Positions 40,271-55,594 of a DNA stretch of 64,000 nt are shown here, piece after piece. The DNA lies in assembly GCA_012295275.1 (NCBI GenBank), contig CM022678.1, positions 18,910,001-18,974,000 on the forward strand, written 5' to 3'. The notes beneath the pieces are model-generated. The model had not been told where the DNA came from. It saw nothing but the letters and a program-made list of their open reading frames with translations, and made no database searches. The DNA is from Chrysomallon squamiferum (taxonomy: Eukaryota; Animalia; Mollusca). Within the stretch, counting starts at the first letter, position 1. Each line of letters begins with the position of its first letter. A program made the translations under genes and the position numbers.

Positions 40271-41045
40271 GTAATTATAACAAAAATAATGCCCGTTCAA
40301 CAGTTTTCTCTGACATTCCAAATATTTTCTTTAATATTTAAACTTAAACAGAGTATTACAGTATCAGAAAACATTTCTACATAGTTTTTACAACAGTCAT
40401 CCGTGGAATTCAAAAAGGAAAGCAAAAAGAATTCGTTTGATCCAGAGTGAACGTGTAAGTTTGATTTAAAATGTGTTGTTTGGATTATATACTTTATCTT
40501 TAACTAATAGTTTATTCATTACTTGACAATTAAATCATAACTATGGTTCACGAATAGTTAACTGATATAAGTTATAACTACAATTAAGTGTAATATACTA
40601 ATACCCAAGAGGTATAAAATAAAAAAATTAAAAATTAAAATTAAAATTAAATAAATAAAAAAGAATAGCTTAGCTCACAAAAGGTAAGAACGTTTAAACA
40701 AACGGAATTTTTTTTCTAACCAGTAAAATTTTGATAGCCTAATAAAAATGAGTATTATATATAGGTAAAACAAAAACTGGCCTTATATCTTTTCGGTTGT
40801 TTTTTTTTTAAATATTTTTTAATTATTTAATTTAAAATTTTGAAGTAGGTCATTTTGTTCATTATTCTCTTGCCCAAACACAATATCTGAAATCAATAAG
40901 GAAAAGAAAAACGGATACACGGGTGACCCAGAACGAACTGCAGTTAGAAGTACATAGACAAGTTGAAACATAAGGAATCTGCGTGTTAGTTTTGTGACAT
41001 TTATTCACACTGAAGGTAAAATGTTGTAACATGAGATAAAATATT

Positions 41046-41085
<40 letters not shown>

Positions 41086-41760
41086 TAAATGATTCGATTC
41101 CTACAGTTGCTGTCAGTGTCGCTGAGATGAAATAATACTGTCCTATACAAACTCCTATTTCTACATTTAATATAATAACAGTAGATGTTAATTTCTTAAA
41201 TGCTTTGATATAGAGTCTAGTAGTCAGTGTCTATGACTAAACAAAAGCGGAGAAAAGATGTGTGACACTTTTTAATATATCCGATAATAACACTTCTGTT
41301 TTACAACAGTTGCAGTGGTTAAAGTCCTCTTGATAACGTTAAAATAATAGATTAAATTTTTATTAAAAACTAGTTTGAGGTATGTATTGGAAGTTAAGTT
41401 ACATTAAATGATTGTTGTGTATAAATGTTGTTTCTTTTCCTTCTAATGTTTATTTCATGTTTTTCTTTCAAAGCACGATATTATTATCTATTATTTGTCG
41501 TTGTCGTAGTCGAACCCGCTGTCACCACTCTATATCTTTGTGACTTCATACTGAAACAAGTTTTCTGAAACATGATATACTGAGAACATTCAGTGACGTC
41601 AGAGGGTAACAAGAATAAAACACTTCATTCAAATAAACAGGTGACCTAGAAAGAACTGCAGTTAGAAGTACACAGGCAAGTTGAAACATGAGACATCTGC
41701 GTGTTAGTTTTGTGACATTTATTCACACTGAAGGTAAAATGTTGTAACATGAGATAAAAT

Positions 41761-41815
<55 letters not shown>

Positions 41816-42409
41816 TAAACGATTCGATTCCTACAGTTGCTGTCAGTGTCGCTGAGATGAAATAATACTGTCATATACAAACTCCTATTTCTACGTTTAA
41901 TATAATAACACTAGGACTGCCAACAATTCTACATGCTATTAACTTTTGTCAGCCTATATGAATTAAAAATATCACAGCTATCAGCCGATATATAACAATA
42001 CACAAACACAAACGGGTGTGCGAAATTAGGTCACTGAAATTTGCAAGAGCTATAGCGAGTAAAGAGACCAGCAAGATGTGAGAAATATTTATAGAGCAGT
42101 TTATAGGGGGATTTTTCTTTTTCTGTTTATATTAATTTAAGGAATCACAACTGTTTAGTATGTTTTTTTCTACAGAATTTAGTTATTTAGCAAACGTGAA
42201 TAAGCCAGCTGAAAGGATGCATTAGTAAAAGGGAAAAATAAGATAGACATTCGTTCAGCGAACTTATTTCGTTTGTGTCTAGATAATGGATAAATGAACG
42301 TACTTAGAAATATATTCGGATCAATGAACACGTTTGTAAATATCATGTCTACTTTGTGAACTCGCTGTGTATGTAAAAACTGCTTTGTATCTCATAACTT
42401 CATTTAGTT

Positions 42410-42441
<32 letters not shown>

Positions 42442-43481
42442 ATAATAATAATAACAATAACAATAACAACAACAATAACAACAACAATAATAATAATATC
42501 GAATGTTTCGATTCTTATGCGTGATGCCGGTTTAGCTCGATTTAAAGAATGCTGACCTATACAAACTCAAATGTCTATTTTGTTATCTAATACACTAACA
42601 GTTTTATCAGCCTATATGAATTAAAAATAGAACAACTATCAACCGATATATAACAATACAGAAACAGCGGGTGTGTTAATTTAAAAAAGGAAACACTGAC
42701 GGTTAATTTCAGAGTAAGGAACATCCAGGGAGAACGTGTAAGTTGGATTCAAAATCTGTTATTCCGATTTTATGCTATATTTTTAACTAATATTTTATTC
42801 ATTACTTGTAAGTTAAATGATAACTATGTTTCAGAAATAGTTGAGTGATATATAATATATAAATACAAGGAAATATAAATACCCTAGAAGAAAATGATAT
42901 TTAAATCTACACAGAATAATACAGTATTAGGAAACATGTTTTGAACAGTTTTTACAAGAATCATATCGTCTTTCTGAACCGATTCGTGGAATTCAAAAAG
43001 GAAAGTAGAAAGAAGTCACTTATATAACACTGACAGTTAGTTTCGCAGTAAGTAACATCCAACGAGAACGTATAAGTTTGATTTATAATTTCTTATTCCG
43101 ATCACATGCTTTATCTTTAACTAATAGTTTATTCATTACTAGGATATTAAATCATAATTATAATTCAGGAATAGTTAACTGATTATATAAGGTATAACTA
43201 CAAGGAAGTATAATATACAAATACTCCAGAAGCAAAAAAAAAAACCACAAAAATTAAAAAAAATATATATCAGATTAGCACAGAAACGGTAAGAACACGT
43301 AAATCGATGGAAAGCTTTTTGGAACCAGACATTTTTTGATGGCCTAATACAAATTTAGTGTTGATAAAAAACAAAAACAAAACATAAATAATTCCTTTTT
43401 TATTTTTATTTTCATGTATTTATTTATTTGATTATTTATTTATTCATTTATAATAATAATAATTATTTATATTATTATTAT

Positions 43482-43513
<32 letters not shown>

Positions 43514-43514
43514 A

Positions 43515-43555
<41 letters not shown>

Positions 43556-43900
43556 TTTGCTGCAAACCGTTTCACACAGTAAACATGATATTTCTCGTTG
43601 TGTTCGTTGATCCGAATATTTAGGACGTGTCTCAGATTTCACGAAGATTAGTCCTGCGTGCTTTGACTTTGTGTGATCACGTTCACAAAAATTAACAGCT
43701 ATGTTACGTAGAAAATAAATGTAGACTTCGCTTTAAATTTTGTATTTCATATCACATTTGTAAATGTGATGATTAATCCAGTATCTAGAGACACAAACCA
43801 GATACATCCACTGAACGAACGTACACCTTATACTTCTATTTCCACGAAAATTACTAATTCATTGTTTCAGTTTGTTTAATCGTGTTTACTAAAGAACTAG
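37670..43900. repeat. Mosaic of local interspersed repeat modules, including inverted copies of TPR-TIR intron sequence
   Basis: 38700-39700 is the reverse complement of about 10200-11050, and 37676-37750 is the reverse complement of about 13020-13100. The module (agtaaggaacatccagcgagaacgtgtaagtttgattt) recurs at about 39105, 40440, 42712 and 43045. Confidence 0.75.
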
Positions 43901-45210
43901 GTTTAAAGTTAGAATTAAAAAATACGTCTTATTCACTAACTTTATTTAGATTCATTTCTCTGTTAAAGAAAAACAGATAATAATAATAATAATAAAGTAT
44001 TTGAGATGGTATAATGAAGACTATATGCAGAGAGAGAGACAAAAATATAATAATTCAATAAACAATGTCTGCCCTGATTTCTACGACACGAAGAAAGTGT
44101 AGTCTTCTTTCCTCAGTGAAGAAAATAAATCTTAGTAACAATAATCTTATTTGTGAATATGTGTGTCTGTGTGGGAGCCTGTGTGTGTGTGTGTTTTACT
44201 GTTGTTTTAAGCTGTCTGTAAGCTTCCAAAAAGAAAATAGCACGTTGCTAGGCCCTGAATACTGCTCATATCTTTCTGAACAAATATACAAAACACTTAG
44301 AGGTAAAGGAAAACGTGTTTACATTGTCACCAAGCAACCACAGTAATACACTATGTAACGTGTGACGTGTAGCTTTACAAAAATATCACCCGAGGTATCT
44401 CAGCGGGCGATACACATAGCGAGCAGACGGCGTGGCATTTGTTACTGTTCGTTAGTTGAAAGGATTCGGGTTTTACTTCGATTTCCAGTAGAGGTAGGTA
44501 AAATTATATAGTATTGTTTTTAGTAGTGGCTGTTGATTCTTTATTGAAAAAAAAAAAAAAAAAAAAATTCTGTGTTGAACCCGGCTTTCATTTCAGTTTT
44601 CATTCAAAAAAATTATTTCTATTTTGTACGTATTATTATGTTTTCCCCATTAATTTATTTTTGAAACAATAAACATACGAAAACATGGATATTATCGTCC
44701 GTTATATTTAATTTAGCGCTATGTTATGTGGCCGAAGTTTTAGAAACGGATAAAAATGGCACTAGTAATGGGGTAGTTATATGGAAAGAGAAATTTAAAA
44801 TTTATACAGAATAACTGATTGTTTCAAAGTACAAAAACTGAAATCAACTGGCTTTGTCAAGTAGTGATGCTAAAGTAAATCAGTCTATTCAAGAAGTTTG
44901 AAAAAGTGTAGACACTGATTAAAGACATTTTTAACAGAGAACGTTCAGTCAGCTTTATTAACAAACGTTAATTTTAAATGTATTGATTTGGTATAACTAT
45001 AACTTAATACTTATCTGAAAAGTGAAAGACCTAAGGATATCCCTTTCCAAATAATAATCTGACCAATAGTACATTAATAAATCAATAAATAAATAAATAA
45101 ATAAATAAACATTTTGGATTAAACAAAGAAAAAATAGATAGATGATAATTTTATTTTTATTTTTAATTTTAATTTTATTTATTTATAATAATAATAATAA
45201 AAAAAAAAAA

Positions 45211-45241
<31 letters not shown>

Positions 45242-46208
45242 TTAATAATAATAAATTTTAATTTTAATTTTATTTATAACAATAACAGTGACATTAACAA
45301 TAACATTAACAATAATAAAAATAATAATATTAATAAAGGATGTATTTTAATTCATGAATTTGACTTTTTGTCTTTTGCAAGGATACTTCAGTATTAAACA
45401 GTATTAATTGTTTTTACGTTGTAAAGATTTCAATCTGGATTTTGAATATCGGACACTCTTGTCTCATCAAATTTTAAATAAATAATACAACAACAGTAAA
45501 ACACAGATAAAAGCAAATAGTAGGAGATTAGTATTAATTAATATCGGAATAAAAAACAAAATGAAAATAATAAATGAAATAAAATACAATAAAATAATAT
45601 GTCTATATGGTAGTCACTTTTATGTTAAGGGTGAAATCGTTATATTATATTGTGTGTGTGAGTGTTTGTGTGTCTGTAATGATTCTGTGTGTGTGTGTCG
45701 CTTAGTTAATCTGTTTTCTGTTGGAGGCTAAGATTAAGTGTGTTAAATTGTCCACACTGTTTAATTTTACTGTTACATTTATGAGCTATATAGAATACAA
45801 GCTGCAGATACATTTCCCAGTAATATTTGGTTTTCTTCAGTTGATGTTTATGTGATGTTATAAACAATAAACGCTATTAGTTATTATAAAAAAGATATCA
45901 GTATACTGTTTACAGAACTCTGTTTGAGCTTATCTGCTATTGAGGAAAGTTAAGAAGGTAACTGTTCAGTTATTAATGAAAATTCACCTATTATCATTAT
46001 TATTTTCATTTTATTTCCCTTATATTTCATTGTTTCTGAAAGTCTTTGTTCCCTCTCTCTGCATTCTATATCCACATGACTTTTATTGTGTATTTAGTTA
46101 CATATGTGTCCAGAAAACACGATACGGTGGTGCAAGGTCTGTGCATGTCTGATACAAATAAATTCATTATATCTCTCATTTCAGACTGTACTTAATACCT
46201 CACTACGT

Positions 46209-46248
<40 letters not shown>

Positions 46249-46375
46249 CTGTGTTTGTGTCTAGATATGTATATAATCTTTTTTCAATACGGAGTATCTT
46301 CTCATTAAAATTGTTTTTGACTGTGGGTCATTAAAGATTCATGTTAGTTTATTTTCAAAATCTTGTTTCCATTAA

Positions 46376-46423
<48 letters not shown>

Positions 46424-46799
46424 TAATTAGGGAGTGGTGATCAATCGAGAAATTAAAGTAATCAATAGTACGATATCAACTGATTCGTTAAATGTTTGAA
46501 GAGTTTATTATTAATATTCATTTTTGTCGCTCTTTACATTTTAAAATAAAGAAGGTCACTGGTCAAGGTCAATGCTATTTTACTGTAAGATAATTTTAAC
46601 GAGACCCAGATACGTTCCACTTTAAAACAATGTAAAAAGTTGTTGTTGTTGTTGTTCTTCTTCTTCTTGTTCTCATTGTTAATATATTATTAATATTAAT
46701 ATTAATATTATTAATATTATTATTATTATTATTATAGTTATTATTATTTAATATTTTGATACATATTGTAAATTATATACAGACATTTACCATTTATAT

Positions 46800-48288
46800 C
46801 ATTCTTAAATAATTTCCCCTAAAGTCCGATTCTCCACACTGAATCAAAACGTTTTGCTGCAATATATGATCATATACTGTAAATTCATGGTCATTTTGTA
46901 TAGCAATCCTTCCTAAATACTAATGATTGAACTTCAGACAGTATATCATTAGTTTCACGATACAACTTTAGTCTATTACTTAACACAGCCGTAAAGAGTT
47001 TCCCGAGCCAAGTGAGTAATGTAATTGATCTATAATTTACTTCATTATTTTTAAGATCACTTTTTTCTTTTCTTTTTTTGTAAATTGGCTTCATTATACG
47101 AACTAACAATGAGTAAAGGACGATACCCTTTTCAAACACAAAATATAAAAGTTGCACATAATCATGTATCATACAATTAAAAGATCGGTTGACATATTCA
47201 TTAATCATATTGCCTTCACCCCAAATTTTGATATTTGTAATAACTGTAAATATTTTACATTCGAAAGTACGGCTATTTAGTAAATTATTACTTTCTAAAT
47301 CTGCGGTAAATTTTTGTTATGGAGTCTATCAACACTAATGTTCACGTAAGGAAAATACTGATGCAGTGATTTTAAAGGAGTACGTTGCAATCATAAAATT
47401 TCCGAAGATTTTTTTTTTTGCTGAGGTCTGTAAGTTTCTATTCTGTTTTCCAGATTAGTCTTCTTAAAAAATGTAATATTACATTCTTGTACTGTTTCCT
47501 GGTATTTATAAGTCGTTGTTTGTTTTCTTATGTTTTCCTATTATTAAAATGTTCTGGCTTCTGTGTATTTTTTTCTGAATGATCTGCATGCCAACCAAAC
47601 CATGTCATTTTTACATGCTTAGCGGTAGATTTGCTTCGAGCTTATCCAAATGTGCTTACCGTGATGTTTAGGAATAAGTTACTGATCTTGTTCACCGTGG
47701 CATTAAGCTGTTCATATTAAAAATATTCACCTATCTAAATCAGAAATAATGGTCGTGATAGTATTTTTGTTTACATTATATTTGTCAGCCAGATTCTTAT
47801 TCCATTTTCGGAATTTCAGTTCAGTCTCATCAGTGCCGTCTACTTGTTGTTTCGATTTTAAACCACAAAAAAGAAATTATAACTGGACTTTCAGTATCTC
47901 AATATAAAGGGTCAAAATCAAGAACTTCAAATTTTAAGTTTTTCTCTAATACACGTAGCGAGCGAAGTACTTTATGTATATATTTGGTCTATCAATATCC
48001 TGAATTTTTCTTTGAAAAATTCCTAAATTTAGCATGTTGTTTGGCTCGTTCATAAACTAAATAATTCCTCTGAAACTTCTATCATGTTATTTGTTTCAGT
48101 ATCAGACATTATATAATCAGGACTATCTGAGTATTGGCGTTATATTAATAAACTGTCTATTAAATTTGTTTTATAGCATAACAAAACTTAAAATTATGTC
48201 ACAGTTTAGGTGTTACATAACCCAGTAAACACGAGCGATTACTCTTAGTAACCAAGCATTTGCCACTTGATTTAACCCGTGATTGTTC

Positions 48289-48327
<39 letters not shown>

Positions 48328-49090
48328 ATACACACACACACACACTCACAGACATATATGTATATACTTCAGATATTTCCACCTTTATCAGTTTCTTCAA
48401 ATTTGATTTCGTCTAAGCACAAAATATCATACTGATTAAAACAGTTTAAGACTCTCGTGCATCTAAAAATCCGATATTTACAGTTAGAAGTCTTTACTCT
48501 GTGTAACAGTGATTGTTCAATACTCCGTCTGTTCGATTTGACTGGCGCTAGGGTCGATCCTCAGACTGTCCTAGGCCATTGTGAGGAGTAATTGCGGGCA
48601 CGCGCTTTGGCATTTACAATTTGTGGGCTGTGAATGTTCGGTGCGATGTTTCTTTCTTATGATTCAGTATCTGGAAACGATGGCCAATAACGTTTGTTAC
48701 CCACTAATGTGTCACCGAGTCCATATCTTCTAGTCTCAAATCGTTGGCCACAAACGTTGTCTGCATTTCGGAAACTGAGACCAAAACGAGTCTTTCAAAA
48801 CATTAGACTTTCTTCTGACAGTTTCTCTGTGTTTAAATCTTTCAAATTTAGCAATAACTGGTCGTGGCCTCCTGGAGTTTGGAGTACCGTGAGATGGTGC
48901 AGACGATCAAGTGTATACATATTTTCATATTTAATTTTTTCTTCAAGAAATTTATTTAATACATGTTCTATATCCTCATAGTCTGTTTCTAGAATCAGTT
49001 TAAATGTTTTCTCAGAAAGATCGTGTCGAAATATGTAAAACATTTTCACTCAGATCTTCATAACAATGTAAGAAATGACGACAACAAACT
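46800..49090 (-). mobile_element. Decayed non-LTR retrotransposon (LINE): ORF1, APE endonuclease and N-terminal RT remnants
   Basis: RT: KPIYKK...NYRSITLLTWLGKLFTAVLSNRL...ILSEVQ..FRK (46891-47208). Endonuclease-like NQYDILCLDEIK near 48400-48440. ORF1-like ETDYEDIEHVLNKFLEEK...LDRLH and, frameshifted, RPRPVIAKFERFKHRETVRRKSNVLK (48790-49000). Many stops and frameshifts. Confidence 0.88.
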
Positions 49091-49768
49091 ATTGAATTTT
49101 TCAACAACAAAAAGCCTTCAATCTGTTGACGAGTTAAACATTATATTATTTATATTAAAAAGGTAGAACTTGTTGAAAACAGTTAACAGTAGATGTTAAT
49201 TTCTTAAATGCTGTGATACAGAGTCGAGCCGTCAGTGTCTATGACTAAACAAAAGCGGAGAAAAGAGGTGTGACACTTTTGAATATAACCGATAATAACA
49301 GTTGTGTTTTACAAGAATTGCAGTGGTTAAACTCCTCTTGATAAAGTTAAAATAATAGATTCAGTTTTTATTAAAATCTTGTTTGAGGGATGTATTGAAC
49401 TTTAAGTTACACTGAATGATTATTGTGTATAAATGTTGTTTCTTTTTTTCCTTCTAATGATGGTTATTTCATCTTTTTCTTTCAAAGTACGATTTATTAT
49501 CTATTCTACATCGTTGCGTAGTCCAACACGCTGTCACCACTCGATATCTTTGTGACTTCGTACTGAAACAAGTTTCAGAAACATGATATACTGAGAACAT
49601 TCAGTGACGATAGAGTGTAACAAGAACAAAACACTGCATTCAAATAAACGGGTGACCTAGAACGAACTGCAGTTAGAAGTACATAGAGAAGTTGAAACAT
49701 AAGGAATCTGCGTGTTAGTCTTGTGACATTTATTCACATTGCGGGTAAAAATTGTAAAAGGAGATAAA

Positions 49769-49799
<31 letters not shown>

Positions 49800-50251
49800 A
49801 ATAATAATAATATTAATAATAATAATGTGTGTTGAAGAGTTTTCTTTGAAATTCCAAATAATATTTTCTTTAATATTTAGACCTATAGGGAATATAACCT
49901 TATTAGAAAATATTTTTACATAGTTTTTACAACACTCATATCGTCTTTCTGAACTGTTTCGTGGAATTGGAAAAGGAAAGTTGAATGAAGTACAATTAAG
50001 TGCATTATACAAGTACCCCAAAAACAAATAATACAACCAATTCAGCTTAGCTCACAAACGGTAAGAAATTTTAAAGCGATGGTAAAATGTTCATAGCATA
50101 ATAGAAATTAGAGTCATTTATAGGTAAAACAAATATTGGGTTTTCTTTCTTTTTCATTTTCTAAATTTTTTGATATAATTTAATTTAAAATTTTGAAGCA
50201 CACCATTTTGTTTCAAACACTCACAGCTATGAATTCTCAAATTAAAATAAA

Positions 50252-50308
<57 letters not shown>

Positions 50309-51537
50309 TTTTATGCTTGTTATGTATTTTTGTTTTTTACATACACTCAATAGACATGCTATTTCTAAACATGTTCATTGATCCGAGTGTATGCATATCG
50401 CTTATTTTTCTACTTGTACGAAAAGTAGTCACGTGTGCTCTGACTTTGTGTAATCACGTTCGCGAAAATTAATAGTTAAATGAGGTAGTAAGTACATATA
50501 TAAAATTCCCATTAATATATTTATTTCATATCACATTTCTAAATACGTTCATTCATCCAGCATCTAGTTACACTAACCGAATAAGTTCTCTGAACGAATT
50601 TATAGCTTAAACTGGTCTTTCCACGAAAATTACTAATGCGTTGTTTCTCTTTAATTAATGATATTCACTAAATGACTAAATTTCCTTCAAAATAATATTT
50701 AAGTTAGCATTAAAATATATATCTTGTTAACAAATTGCATTTTGATATATAACAGTCATAAGGAAGTAAATAAACAAATACATAAGAAGCAAATAACACA
50801 AGACGTGAAATAAAATTCAGCTTAGTTAAGTAAAGACAAAATATTATAAATCTTTCTCATTTTCGCTCTGTGTGTGTTTTTGTGTGTGTTTTTGTGTGTG
50901 TGTATGTGTGTGTAATAATAAGACATAAAAAATAGAGACAAAATTAGGAAGAACTTGAGATCAGACGGATCTCGATTTCCTCATAAATATATAAAGCTTT
51001 TCTTTCTAAATATTTAATAATTAAATCTTAATATTTAAAGCTACACATATTCTGTCACAAGAACTCAGTGTATTAGTGTATTAGTAATTTAATAATGACA
51101 TGCAACATGTCCGGGCACGACAACGTATAAAGCGCGTAGATATAATAAGCAGACATGGTCATGAATGTGTTTATATCGTTGTCATGCGACAGGTTAATAA
51201 CATTACCTAATTAGGTAACAACCGCTACATAGCGTTCACACTGATTATCTAGTTTTATTGTACCGATTCTTGGAATTTCTCTAAGTAATGTAGACACCTC
51301 ATGTATATACAACTGAAAAGGTAAAGCTATCACAGTTTCTGACTGTTCGTTTGATAGTTAAGGAACATCCAGCGAGAACGTGTAAGTTTGATTTAAGTTT
51401 TGTTAGTACGATCATATAGTGGATAATTAAATAATATTTTATTCTTTACTTGTGCATTAAAATATAAAATTAATTCACGAATTACCTAGTCCAGACTATA
51501 ACTACAAGAAAGGGTAATACACAAATATTATTATTAA

Positions 51538-51608
<71 letters not shown>

Positions 51609-53808
51609 TTACTTGCTGCAAACCTTTTTAACACAGTTGACACGGTATTTCTAGATGTGTTCGTTGATTGGAATATTTATCGTATTTCTGAAATTTCACG
51701 AGAATTAGTCACGTTTACTTCGACTTTGTTTTGACATGTTCGAAAATATTAATAGCTAAATTATGAAACAAATAGATATGTAATAGTTTTGTTAAATTTT
51801 GTATTTGATATCACATTTCTAAATACGTTCATTCATCCAGTATCTAGTTACACAACGAAATAAACTCGCTGAACGACTGTGTGTTCACCTTATACTTCTA
51901 ATTCCACGAAGATTAGTAATGCTTTGTTTCAGTTAGTTTAATCACTAATAATTAAATTTAGATGAAAATACACTTCATGTGACGATAAAAAATATATATC
52001 ATATTCTAATATTTCGTTTAGTTTTATTTTCTGCAGATTACAATCCTGCAACAGAAAAATAGATGATGATGATAATTCCTCATGAACAGTTTTCTTTGGC
52101 ATTCCAAACAACATTTCTTTAATATTTGAACCTAAACGGAATATTACACTATTTTTTAAATTTATATTTAAAACAAAATTATTACATAGTTGTTACAACA
52201 ATCTGATCTGCTTTCTGAACAGATTCGTGGAAAGAAGAAAAATGTCGCTCACAGAATACTGACTTTTAGTTTAGCTGTAAGGAACATCCATAAAGAACAT
52301 GTAAGTCTAATTTAAAATTTCTTATTTCGATCTTATGCTTCTTCTTTAACTAACACTTTATTCATTACTTATCCATTAAGTTATAACTATGGTTCACGAA
52401 TAGATAACTGATATATAAGTTATAACTACAATTAAGTGTAATATACAAATTACCGTGAAGCGAGTAAAATTTTGATAGCGTTATAAAAACTAGAATCATT
52501 TAGAAGTAAAACAAATATTGGGTTTTCTTTCTGTTTCTTTTTCTTCATTTTCTAAATTCTTATTCTAATTTTTATATAGTTTATTTTAAAATTGTGAAGC
52601 AGGTCATTTTGTTTATTATTCTCTGGCCTAAACACTTCAGAGCTGTGATTCCTCAAATTAAAATAAATAGAGAAAGAAAACTAAGTAGAGATGTGATTTG
52701 TGTAAGGATAGTATTATTTCATCCGAACGACCCTGACAGCAACTATAGGAATCGAAGTATTTTATTTTATTTTCTCTTTCGATATTATTATTATTAGTAG
52801 TAGTAGTAGTAGTAGTAGTTGTAGTAGTAGTAGTATTGTTATTATTGTTGTTATTGTTATTGTCGCTATAATTATTATTTTTACTGAACTAAATGGAGCT
52901 ATTAGAGACATTATATTATATTTATATATATTTTTCTTTTCTTTTCTACATACACTGAGTAGACATAGTATTTCTAAACATGTTCATTGATCCGAATATA
53001 TGTATAGGCCTTATTTTTCTACTTCGACGAAAAGTAGTCACGTGTGTTCTGACAATGTGCAATCACGTTCGCGAAAATTAATAGTTAAATTACGTAGAAA
53101 ATAAATATATAAAATCAGCATTAAAATATTTATTTCATATCACATTTCTAAATACGTTCATTCATCCAGTATCTAGTTATACAAACCACATAAATTCGCT
53201 GAACGAACGTAAACCTTATATTTGAAATTGCACAAAAATTACTAATGCGTTTTTTCACTTTGTTTAATTCGTTTTCAAAATAACTAAATTTACAGGAAAA
53301 TAGTTTAAGTTAGCATTAAAAAATATCTTATGAACAAATTCGTGTTTTATTATTATTATTATTATTTGCTGCAAACCGTTTCACGCAGTAAACATGATAT
53401 ATCTCGATGTGTTCTTTGATCCGAATATTTATCATATGTCTCAAATTTCACGAAGATTATTCCTGTGTGTTTTGACTTTGTTTGATCACGTTCACAAAAA
53501 GTAATAGCCAAGTTACATAGAATATAAATATAAACTTCGCTTTAAATTTTTTATTTGATATCAAACTTGTAAATGTGTTTATTAATCCAGTATCTAGTGT
53601 TAAAAACCAGATACATTCACTGAAGGAACGTATATCTTATAATTGTATTGCCACGAAAATTACTGATTCTTTGTTTCAGTTTGTTTAATCATGTTTACTA
53701 AAGAACTAGGTTTAAAGTTACAATTAAAAATACATCTTATTCGCTATCGTTATTTAGTTTCATTTATCTGCAGATCAGCACCCTGTGAAAGAAAAACAGA
53801 TACTTATC

Positions 53809-53916
<108 letters not shown>

Positions 53917-54436
53917 GGATTCGAGATGGCTTAATGAAAACTATTCGCAGAGAGAGACAAAAAGACGATAAATAAGCAAAGTCTGCCCTGATTTCTACGA
54001 CACGAAAAAAGTGTAGTCTTCTTTCCTCTATGAAGAACATAAATCTTAGTAACAATAATCTTATTTGTGAATATGTGTGTATGTGTCTCTGTGTGAGAGC
54101 CTGTGTGTGTGTGTTTGACTGTTGTTTTAAGCTGTATGTAAGCTTACAAAAAGAAAATGACACGTTGCTAGCCCCTGAATACTGCTCATATCTTTTACAA
54201 AACAGTTTGACACGCTTTATATCCTTAGAAGTGAAGGAAAACGTATTTCCATTGTCACCAAGCAACCACAGTAATACACTATGTAACGTGTCCCTTTACA
54301 GATAAAAGCGAATAGTTGGCGATTAGTATTAATTAATATCGAAATAAAAAACAAAATGAAAATAATAAATGATATAAAATAAAATAATATGTCTATGTGG
54401 AAGTCACTTTTATGTGAAGGGTGAAATCGTTATCAT

Positions 54437-54482
<46 letters not shown>

Positions 54483-54972
54483 GTTAATCTGTTTTCCGTT
54501 GGAGGCTAAGATTAGATGTGTTAAATTGTCCACAATGTTTTATTTTACTGTTACATTTATGAGGTATATAGAACACAAGCTGCAGATACATTTCTCAGTA
54601 ATGTTTGGTTTTCTTCAGTTGATGTTTATGTGATGTTAAAAAGAATAAATGCTATCATTTATTATTAAAAAGGTATCAGAACTCTCTTTGACCTTAACTT
54701 CTATTGAGGAAAGTTAAGAAGCTAATTGTTCAGTTATTAATGAAAATTCACCTATTATCATTATTATTTTCATGTTATTACCCTTATATTTCATTGTTTC
54801 TGTAAGTCTTTTTCCCCTCTCTCTGCATTCTATATCCACATGACTTTTAATGTGTATATAGTTACAAATGTGTCCACAAAACACGATACGGTGGTGCAAG
54901 GTCTGTGCATGTCTGATACAAATAAATTCATTATATCTCTCATTTCAGACTGTACTTAATACCTCACTACGT

Positions 54973-55014
<42 letters not shown>

Positions 55015-55151
55015 CTGTGTTTGTGTCTAGATATGTATATAATCTTTTTTCAATACGGAGTATCTTCTCATTAAAATTGTTTTTGACTGTAGGTCATTAA
55101 AGATTCATGTTAGTTTATTTTCAAAATCTTGTTTCCATTAAATTATTATTA

Positions 55152-55222
<71 letters not shown>

Positions 55223-55594
55223 TAATTAGGGAGTTGTGATCAATCGAGAAATTAAAGTAATCAATAGTACGATATCAACTGATTCGTTAAATGTTTGAAG
55301 AGTTTATTATTAATATTCATTTTTGTCACTCTTTACATTTTAAAATAAACAAGGTCACTGGTCAAGGTCAATGTTATTTTACTGTAAGATAATTTTAACG
55401 AGACCCAGATACGTTCCACTTTAAAACAATGTAAAAAGTTCTTGTTGTTGTTGTTCTTCTTCTTCTTGTTCTTATTATTAATATATTATTAATATTAATA
55501 TTAATATTATTAAGATTATTATTATTATTATTATTGTTATTATTATTTAATATTTTGATACATATTGTAAATTATATACAGACATTTACCATTT

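Noticed and set aside
44065-44346. Recurrent ORFs 44065-44346, 54030-54305, 53807-54265 and 63069-63269
   Set aside because: They recur only because of the 9-kb duplication. Frames are not preserved between copies, they include (GT)n tracts, and no domain is recognisable.
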